Assembly: GCF_018977255.1 (NCBI RefSeq)
Contig: NW_024704743.1
Span: 2,108,001-2,170,000, forward strand
Source: Callorhinchus milii
Lineage: Eukaryota
DNA length: 62,000 nt
Direction: 5' to 3'
A model generated the notes under the pieces. That model saw only the letters and a program-made list of their open reading frames with translations. It made no database searches and was not told where the DNA came from. A program made the position numbers and the translations under genes. This document shows, piece after piece, positions 13,463 to 25,362 of this stretch. The first letter of the stretch is position 1. Every line of letters begins with the position of its first letter.

Positions 13463-16400
13463 CTGGAGAAAAGCACACTCATCAATAATGCTGCAATGTT
13501 AAATTGTATTTTTAAACAAATTAATACCCATTGATAGGTCTTGTAACTTTCTTTTTTTAAATAAACGCCTTCCTGGCATTTTTTTAAAAAAATACATTAG
13601 TCATCACACTGGCCATTTGTGTTTAAGTTTCTAATACAAACAAATGTGAAAACAGGAAATAAATGCATTTAGTTAATTAAGTCAGTGGACTTTTAAGCCT
13701 GGGTTTGTTCACATGACTGATCAAGACAACGTTCATTTGCTCACCAGCAGATGTTTAATCCTCACTCAAGGCTCAGAGGGGGTAAAAATAAGGCCCAGAA
13801 CATCTAACGTCACTCAAGTCTACAGTTTTAGTTTAATTTCCTGGAATCAAAGCTGTTGGATTGTCACCGGTCTCCTCCCCACTGCCCCCAGATTCAGGAT
13901 AAAACCTAGACAACCCCTAAACTCCCAGAGTGAATTGCCACATAAAGTGCACAAGAGGTTACGTTAGCCTTTCCCCTTGGTAACTGGACAAAAAAAGTTT
14001 CATCTGTCTAGACAGGTCAAGGTGCAAGATGCTCTTGCCCCCGTGGCTTTTTCCGGAAGAGTTTCAATTGATGCCAAGTACAGGGTAAACAGCAGAGATA
14101 CATCCGCAGGCTTACCCCTGTCCCTCCCTCCACCCTCCAGTGATCAAAGTAGGAAGTTTTCATGACAACCGCAGTCAAAGGCCTGCATCGCTGATGAACT
14201 CGATTTCAGCAATGTAGATATGGCCAGACTCCATTGTCTCCTTTCAGACGCAGTATGGACCCTTCCGGTCCCAGTCATTACATTATGGATGCGTTTTCCC
14301 ATATGCAGTTCATTCACACAAAAGGGCTTTCCTTGCTTCACTGCCACCTGATCACAAAGCAAATACACCAGTGGCTACAAACCAGCAAAATAAATGTTTT
14401 GCTGATTACGTTACTAGCTCGGATGTTTTACGAACAATTCACTCAAATGATTTTTTTTAGCAGGAAGGATGAAGCAGTTCGATGTTTTTTTGGTGAACGG
14501 TTCCCTTGAAAGAACAATAACCATTGCTTTTCCTCTGCCCCCCCCCCCCCCCCCCTTCTCTCCCAATTTTATTCTGTCCCATCCTCTGCTGAACTAGTGA
14601 TTCACAGTTGTATAGTCACCGGTCACCCTCCGATACCTCGCTCAAGTGGCCATTATTCATGTGTGAGCTCGATAGGCTATTCAACTATGGGGGAAGAAGG
14701 AAGAAAGGAGGTGAATCACTACTAAGCCTAATGATGTCCTTTGCTGTAGCCACACATGCGCATTGCCAGCAAAGGGGGTGGGGTGAGGGGGGGGGGAAAT
14801 GATCAGGTGAGAATTTTCCCCTTCTTAACCGAGAGGTGCAGAGTCTACCTCCATTCTGGCTAGGATTAGTTAAAACAGCGCAGGCCAGGAATAAATCCTG
14901 CAACCTTCCCGGGTTTGAATAACTTAACTACACGTTGGAGAAATACACGGAGACAGAGGAGCCGAAAGCATTTTTGGCATTGCCAGCGTGAAATATAGAA
15001 AAACTTTTGCATATTCAGCCAGATAATTTGCATTTAAAATTACATCAAAGTAATACAACAGTTGCTGCGGTCAACACAAAATTCTTCAATTGCTTTATAA
15101 TAACAAGCAACTCTAGGGGGAAAAAAAGGCAGAGAATTAAAACTCTTTATTCAATAGTCAGAATCCTATCACATCAATAAAATCATTTATTGGTGTGAGA
15201 AAAGGGGGAGAGCGAAGGGGTAAAAAAAATGCATTGCTCTCTGCCAGAGAGACAGATGTATGAGATACTGTCCTGCAATTTCGGGCTGCCATTGAAATAC
15301 GAATGAAGAGTCTTCCATTATTAAAATGTGATAGAAGAGTCGCAATCAATTTTCCCCGTCTGCCTAGGACAAAAGTTTCTTATCTTACTAAAAATAAGAC
15401 TGATGCTCTGCAGAGGTGATAATGATGAAACGCTTGCCTTTTGCTATGTTGAAACATACAGTGTATTTACCTCCCCCAATCGAGTAGCAAAAAGCAGTCA
15501 ACATTTATTAAACAATTCACATGAACAAATGTAGATTTTCATGAAGAATTTTTTTTGTAAAGAGATAAAGCGTTAAAGGGATGGCTGATAAAATAAATGA
15601 ATAAACCAGAAAGTCAAAACAGGAAAGCAATTTTTTTATAAAAAAAGGATTTAACAAAAATAAATGGATGCCAGTCAAAAACAAGATTGAGTCTGAAGTT
15701 ATCCTATCTGCATCTTTAAGTTGAATTGTATATTTAAAACACACATTTAAATTCCTGAAATTAATGTTCACATTTGTGTCGGACTCACATTGAATAGTCA
15801 GAATTACAAATTCGACCTCCAGGTCAATTTCAAAAGGAGTTGAAAATGCTGTAGAGATCCTGCCTTTTGTAAGATTTAAAGCTTTGTTTGTTAACAGAAT
15901 AACAATACGCAGTTTAAATCTGAATTTTATACTTACAAAATTAAGAGGCCATAATTACATTTTGGTTCAAGTCATACCACTTGAATTTTAGCATTTAATC
16001 CAAAAAAAAACCTTACTTGTATACTTCATGAACTAGAAATACAGCAAAATACAATGCACTGTTGGGTGGACAACATATTTTGTGGTTAAAATGTGTAATA
16101 TCTTAAAGCCTAAATCTCTTGGTTCAAAGTAAATGTTCTGATTCCCAAGGATATGGGAATAATGGCTGAGATTTACAGAATTTCACAACTTTCAATAGTC
16201 TTCAGCATGCAATTATTCAAATAAAATATAAAGTATATCAACCCGAGAACAGACTTTTGCAAGACGATGTGACACAACATATCGATAGATGCGCTTGCAC
16301 ATGTAAACTTTATTCCTGCAATATTTCAGTTGCTGTAAAGCCTTCGAACAAGACTGAAACACAAAAAGTGAAAACGGGCGAAAGTAAATTAAAGCTATTT

Positions 16401-17020
16401 ACGCCATGAAAAAAAAATCGTATCAAGGCTTTGAAAATACAAGCCCAGTGAGGTCCAAACAAATCAAAAAACATATTGTCCATGGTTTACAAAGTAACTG
16501 TCAAATGTCAGTCTTCAGCCCTCGAGCCACCTTTTAATGAAACCCCTGAAGTCATTTTTTTAACTGAAGGTGAACAGCAAAATTCCACAGAGTATACTTG
16601 CGACAATTATTCAGCAAGCAAGCTTTAATATTGGTCATAAAGGATCACGGGAGTAGGGCCTTGTAACTCTGTCTAGTCTGGCCCACCACTGTATTAATTT
16701 GAAGGGAAAAAAAAACGTGCAGTGGTAAATGACTTTAAAATCCATGCCAAAAATCACATAATATATGATCCGAAGATCATACGCGGAACAATGGGAAACC
16801 AATTGGACTCGGCGTCTCTTGGTTAAGGGGGTGGTGGGGCGGGTGGGTGGGTGGGGGGTAAGAAAAGAAAAGATCAAATAGCATTGCTGCCCTCAGCAGT
16901 ATCCAGTGAGCACTAGTGCAGCGTGGACATGGGTCAGGCTGGAATCATGCTCCACTGCACGGCCTACATGGTCAAATGGCCTACTTAAGCTCACATGAAG
17001 AATGAGCACTTTTGTGAAGC

Positions 17021-17055
<35 letters not shown>

Positions 17056-17865
17056 TATCTATGGAACAGTATTTCAGCAAGTCTCATTTCACTCGGGGTG
17101 GTGTGGGGGTTGGTGGAGGAGGGGGGGGGAAGGTTTGAATGAAAAAAAAACACATGTACACACAGCTATTTAAAAGACGTTTGGGTCAGATAATAGTAGC
17201 AGTTACTGGTTAGAAATTAAATATTATTAAGTGCACCAAAACGGGTAAAATTGGAATGACAACAATTTACATTTATATAATGCCTTTCACGTCAGGAGGG
17301 CATCTCAAAAGCGCTTTTAAACAGCTGACTGGCTGGTGCAGGCCGGCAGGCTGGGAAAGAGAAAGGTAACTGAGAGCAAGGCCATCATTCACCCCTTCAC
17401 TCCCCACTTTTAAAGAAGTTCTTCAACAACAACTTGCATTTATGTAGCATCCCAGAGCGCTTAAACCACACTTTGGCATCTCCCCCCTGCAAAAGCCTGG
17501 TGCCCAATCAGCTACGTGAACTACTTTGAGACGTCCCCCTGACATAAACTGCACTATATAAATGTAAATTCTTGTTGCCATTTCAATTATAACTCAGTTT
17601 GAGCTCATCTGATAATACTTGATTTCTTTAATTAGTGAACGCTACTACTGTATTATTAAATTATTAAAGAGCTGTCAAGACCATTTAGATTAAAAAAATT
17701 AGACAAAATAGCAAAGGCCACATCTTAAAATGATTCCTTGCATTTGATATTGCGCCTTTCACATTAGGAGGACATCTCAGAATGCAAGTTAAATAATAGG
17801 AAAAACTCCCATCTCTTTTTGAATAGCCAGGAATCTATAACTGTAATCTTTAATGACAATTTGTT

Positions 17866-18025
17866 CACTCAATCCACGACTGTTTGTGGAGACGTCGCTG
17901 TGCACAATTGGCTGCTGCATTTCACCACAAAATATAGTCGATTCACCTTACAGTATATTCTGTGAAGCGCTTTGAGACGTGTCGAAGACGTGATAAGGCG
18001 CTATACCAAATGCAATGATTATTAT
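17866..18025 (+). mobile_element. Family A SINE
   Basis: cactcaatccacgactgtttgtgg...gcgctataccaaatgcaatgattatt. Confidence 0.85.
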
Positions 18026-19382
18026 ATTGTTTAATATTCCATTCACCTGAACAGGAAAGTATCTCAGTTTAACATTTTATCTGATGGACAGCATCTCAAA
18101 TAATGCAGCCACAGCTCCTTCACTGCTGCATTGGACCATCAGTTGAAAGTCCAGCACGAGGCTTGGGCCCCAAATCCTCTTGATTCAGAGGTAAGAGTGC
18201 TAGCAAATAAGCCAGACTAACACCTTATAACTAATATAACTACCCCAAGAAAAGTCAAGGTTGTGAGTTGCATCAAGAATGGAGTCCATTGTCGAGTCTG
18301 ACACTCCAATCCAATCCATTGCAGTGCAGCAAAGCTCAGGCTGTGTAGCATTGACAGAGGTCTCATGCTTTGCTGGCACCTATGGCTGCCACATTTGCCT
18401 AAAAAAAGGTTACTACACTCATCAGTAATTAGCTGTGAAGTGGTTTGCAATATTTCATCATGACCAGGCACTATTAAAATGCAATTTCTTTTTTGGTCTG
18501 TTTCTTCTAACTTTCGTATTGTGGGGATTAACCAATGCTGAACGGTTGGGGGGGGGGAGGGGGATTTCACATTTAATTTGCCACACAATAGATTCATTTA
18601 CTGTGAATCAACTTATGCCAAGAATGCACATGTTCAATCATAAATTAGATTAATCTGTATATTAGGTGAATAAATAGAAATAATTTAGATTATGAATTCA
18701 TAAAATATTTAGACATTCAAGATTTCCTTCACTCCTTGCAGAGGACAGTAAATGACCCAAATCCAGGCCAGCCCCTAAGGCACTTTTATCGAGAACTTGT
18801 ACAAGAGCTAACTAGTCCAATGAGGAGGCATTCATTGGAAAGGGGAAGAGAAAGGAAGAGTAATGCCTTAACGCAAAGGAAAAGCATTCACAAGTAAATA
18901 TTTTGTGAAAGAAAGGAAAAATTGGCGGAAATAGTGAAAGAAGAGCATGCTTTACATCCTCGTCTGGTCCGCCTCACTATGGCATGGCTGAGCCATTTTG
19001 CCCCAGTCTTTGGAATTCCATCTCAGTCACTCCTTTTTACCTCTCCCTCACTGTGTCAAAGCCGATCTTATGGACCATCTCTTTGCTAGTGCTTTTGGCG
19101 ACCTTTCTCCCTTTCCCCTCCAGCTCAGGTTACAAGGGCAAAGTACTTTGCGATATGCTCTCGGTTGTATAAAATGCTAGTCGTCATCAATGTGTGTGAA
19201 CAAAACCTCAAACAAAACAGGAATAAATGATTAATACGTAAATAAATATGCAATTTAAAATGTGGAGTTTGCCAATTTAAATGAGATAGCAGCTGCCAGC
19301 CAGATGAGAGTATTCAATTATCAAATAAACCAATCTACATTTACAAAAACAGCAAAAACTGGTGAACGACCAAAATGCTGCA

Positions 19383-19397
19383 CCAGCAGATGGTGCT
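19383..19397 (+). promoter_or_regulatory. Candidate CTCF site (forward)
   Basis: CCAGCAGATGGTGCT closely matches the CTCF core CCASYAGRKGGCRC. Motif match only. Confidence 0.55.
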
Positions 19398-20194
19398 GCA
19401 TTGGAAAACATTCATGTCCTTAACAAGGGTTATTGCACTAACAAATGAATCATTCCTCATCCCAATCCTGCTGAGATCAGTTAAACATCATAGAGGAACC
19501 CTGCTCTATGTGACTCAATTTACAACCCACGTTGGCTGTACTCACAGGGAAGCCTACATGTACAATATGGAGCTATTTTAAAAATGTATCTAACATTTAA
19601 ATGAGGGAATGATCAATACGTGTGTAATCTACACTGTAATTCCCATACTAGGAGTCAAGATAGGCATAAAATCAACTATAAAGTCCCTGCTAGGTTATTT
19701 TTAAAGTCAGCTTTCCATGTGTGTAATAATTGGCCAACACTATTCTTAAAGTGTCTCCAATCAAATTCTTCCGATAGTTCCACATGCGCAGTGTCCATTG
19801 GTCTGATCCGAAATGCATATTCTCTCCCCAGAAGTACAACAACAACTTGCATTTATATAGCATCCTTCACGCGGGATAGCATCGCAGAGCACTTCCTGCT
19901 TTCGTAATATCGGAGAATTGAGATGGAGGTTGGCAAAAATCAAAGTTTGTGAACCCCACAGTGTGCTTGCGGGAGTGCTGCTGGAGTTTAAATAGCTACA
20001 ACTGTGCAGCTTACCACTACAGAGTACTGGTAAGCTTCCTATTGCTTGCCCAGCCAGGACCATCCTACCAATTAGGGGTTTGGCTTGTAGGCGACCAGAA
20101 ACTGAATGCTGCCTTCCAAACTCTACCACAAGCTCGGCTGACTCTGTGGCACTCTGCTGACTGCTGCAGCATCAATTTATTTATTTTTGAAAGA

Positions 20195-20402
20195 ATTATT
20201 GCCCCTGGAAAAGTGATCCACTAATCAACTAACATCCAGGTTCCTACTTACTGCTCGGTAAACAAAGGCGTGTGGAGTAAGGAAACTTGCCCAACATTTC
20301 ATCCTGCCGGGAATCAAACCTAGGTCTCTCGCTTGTGAGACGAGTGCTCTAAGTACTGAGCTACAGGACTCCACGAGTGCTCTAACCACTGAGCTACAGG
20401 AC
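20195..20402 (-). mobile_element. tRNA-derived SINE (head + body), duplicated 5' end
   Basis: The minus strand has box A tagctcagtggttagagc and box B ggtttgattcc, then gggcaagtttccttactccacacg. Homologous to 39345-39510. Confidence 0.85.
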
Positions 20403-22219
20403 GTTACAGTCCTCTGTTGACTTCAGGTATCGGACAATCTAGACCACCAAAGAAGATAGACTCCAACCAATCTTCCATTCCTAGGCACATCACTTTGGGG
20501 CCAACTTACCCCTAAAGGCTAGCTCGTCTTTCGATGTCTGACAAGCACAGGTCTGAGCTTTCACCAGGTGGAGAGCGGTACAGGAAATCAAGCCACACAG
20601 TGAATAACACAATTCAGCTTAAAACATAGTAAAAAATACAACAACATATTTGATTGCTCAAAAAGGTGACATGAAGCACAGCATATTGGAGCCACAGAGT
20701 GCTGAGATACAGGTTCACACCCACAGAGTTCTTGATCTCAGGAATGTGGCAATGCTCAACAAGGCCAGGTGTCTCCCCACAGGGAAGAGGAGACAAATTT
20801 GAGGGCAAATGACTTCATGCTGCCCTCTTGGCAACTAGTTTCAAACCACTAGCAGAAGCGACAAAAGGTATTTTATACACAAGTAATGGTAGTAACAATT
20901 TTCAAGTGACCATCTGGCAGAAAAACAGAAATATCCTCTTGATCACTTCCTACTCATTCTAAATAAAACTTCAGAACAATAGACGATAATGTGTAAATTC
21001 TAGGCTGAACTTTTTAAAGCACCTGCTTAAAAAAAACGTCGGCCTACATTAACAAGCAGCCACTGCAAGTATTATCTTTTTGCAATTTTATCGGCTGTTC
21101 AAACGAGACTCTTGTTAGAATGCTACCTAGGAATTGTAGTGTATGCACCTGTCGGGTCTATTAGCAGTTGTTTGAACCTGGGAATGAGTAAATCGGCTCT
21201 CCTCGTTATTGCTGTCTTCTCTTCCTTGTTCCAATTCCCCTCTATCACACTATGTTCTCTACTCCTCTCCCTCCTAAGGAGCGGCTCAGCAGCCTCTTCT
21301 AAAGCTGAACAGCGAGATTGTGTTAGGAAGTACTACTGGGAGGCAGAGCTGGCCCAGGAATTCTGCAATGTAAAACTAGTCTATTCTCGTTGGAAGAAGA
21401 TTAGCTTCAGAATACAGAGAAGGCTGGAGGAAGTCCAATTCTCAAACGTGCTCCTCGACTCTCTTGCTGTTAGAGTTATAGGCAGAAAGGCAGTTTACCA
21501 TGCTGACAAGCAGGGGAAGGGTCATGCCAGATGGGAGGACAAACTAACAGGCTTTTATGTTACCGTTATTACATAATTTTTCATCATTCCAATGGTGTTC
21601 CTCTGGTACAAATCACCAAGTTGAGAAGCTGTAGAGACATGAAACTAGACGTTGATGTTCTATCCTCACAATAATCAATGCATTTGATAGAAGATCCAAA
21701 CATCTCATCTCAGGGCTCAATTTAATGTCTCATCCAAAGTACGGTGCTGCCCAAAAATGCCCATCTTATCAGCACTCCTCAGGTGCTGATAAGATGCGTT
21801 CATGTCCTGTCTAAATATTATACATATGTCTGTTTCTGTGCCTACAGAGTCTAAAGGCAGAGAAATTATAGCTTTAGGGTGAAAACTATATCTTGTGAAG
21901 CATTATTACTGAAGGTAGCTTAAGTCAACAAGACCAGCTCATAACTAAGTACAGTCAATAACTAAAGACTGGCCCACAGAGGTGATATATTCCATTCCAA
22001 TAAACATCGCTGGAATTTCCAAGTATAAGGTGGGATTCATGGAAGTTTCAGTCTGATTTGGATACTCTTAAGCACGGTGATGGGTTTCTGCATGTGTCAG
22101 ACACCCGGCTGACCAAAATAAAATATTTTCTTAGGTCCTTGTATTTTGATTTTTTTGTCAGCTGGGTCCAATACTAAAAGTCAATTAGCAGTCCCTCAAA
22201 GAAACAAAGGCATGCAATT

Positions 22220-22456
22220 GTTTCAAGTTTCCTTACTCCACACAGAGCCTAATAATAATCCCTCCAAAAAACAAAAACAATAATAAATTGGTAATTTTCA
22301 ATCCACGACTGTTTGTGGGACACTGTGTGCGCAATTGGCTGCTGCGTTTCGCCCACAAATATACGGTCAATTCACTTTACAGCCTATTCTGTGAAGCGCT
22401 TTGAGACGTCGAGAAGATGTGAAAAGCGCTATATCAAATGCAAGGATTATTATTAT
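22220..22456 (+). mobile_element. L2-tailed SINE (family A) with remnant of the tRNA-SINE body
   Basis: Same body as the 53733 copy, preceded by caagtttccttactccacac, which also follows the tRNA head in the 20.2 kb SINE. Confidence 0.85.
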
Positions 22457-22581
22457 AGGTGTATGACCGACAATAGAATCTAATCAGTCTTTTTGTTTAT
22501 ATTTCAGGCTTCCAGCGTTTATTTTTTTAAAAAAAAACAGCAATACACTGAATTCTAGGAAGTAACAATTAAGCAAATACC

Positions 22582-22917
22582 CTCCGTTCCTCTGTCTCCG
22601 GTCTGCTCCACATCCCCCGCCCTAACATCGGTGACCGGGCCTTCAGCCTCTCAGCCCCGAGGCTCTAGAACTCCATCCCCCAGTGCCTTCGCCGCTTCCT
22701 CCCTTTCCTCCTTCAAGGCCGGTCTCAAGACCTTACTCTTTGACCTTCAGCCTTCAGCTCCCCTCTCGACTCTCTCCCCCCTCCTCGCTCCCTCCCTTCC
22801 CTCCCCTCACCCTGACCATTTCCCCCCTGCTCGGGTCCTGACCCAACTGTACAGCGCCTTGGGATGTCCTCCCGACGTGAAAGGCGCTCTATAAATGGAA
22901 TCTTGTTGTTGTTGTTG
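22582..22917 (+). mobile_element. L2 LINE 3' end
   Basis: SSFKAGLKTLLF motif; tail gggatgtcctcccgacgtgaaaggcgctctataaatggaatc(ttg)n. Confidence 0.85.
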
Positions 22918-24495
22918 CATTACTCATTTTGAGACATTCCCTCCAGAATACGCAAAAGTTGATTCCAAAGGGGTTCTGAATTTCATCTGCATTGAAACAA
23001 GACATTCTACTTTTATATTCAACCTGAGACCTTTATAACTGACTGTCAGTGACCAGCTCAATTTTTCCAAGTTTGTTAAACCTCAAGTTGACCCTAGTGT
23101 TTAGTTAGACAATTCCAAATGAAGTAAGAATCTGGTGAAATTAATCACCAATGTAGATTTAAATGCAATATCATGCCAGAGAGTTTGTTTTACGCCAGGA
23201 TCAGTGAGTTTACTTCCATAGTTGAAAGGCCAGACGAGAACTGGAATTCATTTTTTTTTTTAAAAAACTACGCAGGGTTATAAAGGCAAGTTGATTAGAC
23301 TCCACAGGACCCACAAATTTCAGAACAGTAGGGGGTTTAAGACATTGCTGGGCATTTCAATGAAAAAGAATATTCTGTCTACAAATCATCAATCTCAATT
23401 GTAAATCACAGTAGCTACAGTTTCCATTAAGATACCTCCTGCTGCTAATAATTAATATGTAATGATTAGCAACTTATTTATATAATAAATACAAATCTCA
23501 ATTTTCATATAAAACATTCCACCAAATCAATAATGCAAGAAATTTTTTAATAAAATCTGAACAAGTGTATTAATCTTTGACAAGCATGCTAAAAGACTCA
23601 AGATTGGTAAAAAAAAATAACTTGCGAGCTGTACCCAATTGTGCACAGACATGAATCTCTGTTCAAAAACCTCACAAACATTAGATTACATAAGTGCAAC
23701 CTTCTAAGAACTGAGGGCAATAAAGTGAACGCTCAGGAATGTTACAACTGATGCTTCTACACAACAGCCAAAACTACACAACTGGAAAGTTGAGCCTCTT
23801 TTAAGTTTACATGATCGGTTTGGAACGGGTTCGACGGAGAATGGAACACGTTTAAAATTCGATTGATGTTAAATAAAGACACTGATATAGCGCATCAATC
23901 CACTAAACTTTATCCAAACTCCAACCTTTACGTACTTCGGCAAAACAGATATTTTGATAATCGAAAAGGGGGTCAAGCAGCAGTGATCCTAAATAATTTC
24001 AAAATTAACATCGTCCACATACGATACTATTCTACTAAACTCACAACACAACACAGACACATGATCAATAAATTTCCAAATTGAATGACCCGGTCGGTCT
24101 GTGCTCAGCTACCTGCCCTCCGCTGGGGCACTACAATGGGCCTGTGCATCCCATGTTGAGGATAATATCTGCCAGGATTGCTACGCCTGTTAATTATCCA
24201 GCGACCTCTGTTAGAGGTCCCCAAACACGCAGGCCAAGTGAGGAAATTGCTGGCCTTGGCTGTGAGGCAGTAGCTACACTTTCTGGTATTTCACAAAGAT
24301 TACAGCGAATGCAAAGAATCCTTGCTCAAATATCTGTCGTCCATTTAAGAAATTGCAAAAAAGATGACTTCTGTTCCCAAAGGATGTATACAATTTATAG
24401 TCTATTACCCCTTATGATTAAGGTTACTGAATTTGTGGACCACTGCTGTTTGGTTAAGTGGCTATAAACTGTGCATAATGAAACTGTATACATAC

Positions 24496-24611
24496 CTCAT
24501 TTGTTTTTTGAGAGCCGTCCGGCCCGATTCGGTAAGATCCCACTTGGATTGTCTTTTTTGGATCCACTTTCTTAATTGCCCATTCTATTTCATCTACTAA
24601 TCCCCTGCAAA
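24496..24611 (-). CDS. CNPY1: CNPY1 coding exon 2
   Basis: Acceptor ttttcatttaag and donor gtatgt; 116 nt. Continues in frame as (V)CRGLVDEIEWAIKKVDPKKTIQVGSYRIGPDGSQKTNE, the canopy/DUF3456 signature. Confidence 0.95.
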
Positions 24612-24952
24612 CTTAAATGAAAATAGAAGTTCAAATGAAAAAAATTCAACTTTTTAAAACGATTAAAGCAGTAAAGACAAAGCAATAACATTCTTCTTAG
24701 AAAGTGGTCTGAATTTGTTTGAAAAAGCTGCTGATAATACCATTAAAAAGGCTTAAATGATTAAATGCACAAAATAAAAATGCAAAAACTTCAGGATGTA
24801 ACTATGCGATAAACAACACCCACTATGGCCCATTGCATACACGGTTTAAAATTATCACTACCAATTTAGGATTAAAGCAAAGTCAAAATCAAGCAATATA
24901 GCAGTACTACATAACCGGTTATTTGACAATGATTTGAGATTTTATTAGTAAC

Positions 24953-25362
24953 AATTCTTGCATTTGGTATAGTGCCTTATCACGTCAGAAGGACAACTTT
25001 ACAGGCATTACTAGGAATGACTGTATATTTGCCGTCAAATGCAGCAGCACAATTGCACACAGTAATATCCAACAAATAACCATGAAGTGAATGACCAATG
25101 AGGATGGGGGGAGGGGGAGGAAGAGGGGAATTGAGGGGAAACTCCCTTCATGGGATTTTTAACATCCACCTGAACAAGCAGACGGGACCCTGGCTTAATG
25201 TCTCAATTGAAGGACGGCAACTCTGACAATGTGACAACCAACCCCCATCCCCCAGCACTGCATTATAGTTTCATCTTAGATGAGTGAGGGCCAACCAATG
25301 GCATGGGATTTAACCTATAACCTTCTGACTTGGGAGGCAAGAGTGCTCTCACTGAGCCAAGT
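24953..25362 (-). mobile_element. Deu-domain SINE, decayed
   Basis: catgggatttttaacatccacctgaacaagcagacgggaccctggcttaatgtctcaattgaaggacggcaactctgacaatg. Related pieces at ~18035-18215, 21700-21780 and 51880-52030. Confidence 0.7.

Noticed and set aside
16885..17090. Possible enhancer or ncRNA block
   Set aside because: It appears related to sequence at ~29660-29850 and ~25650-25690 (tatccagtga motif), so it is more likely an old interspersed repeat. I could not name the family.
21112..21576. 154-aa + strand ORF in CNPY1 intron 2
   Set aside because: It has a non-ATG start, no family I recognise, and no clear splice or promoter context. A BLASTX/Dfam search would be needed to revive it.
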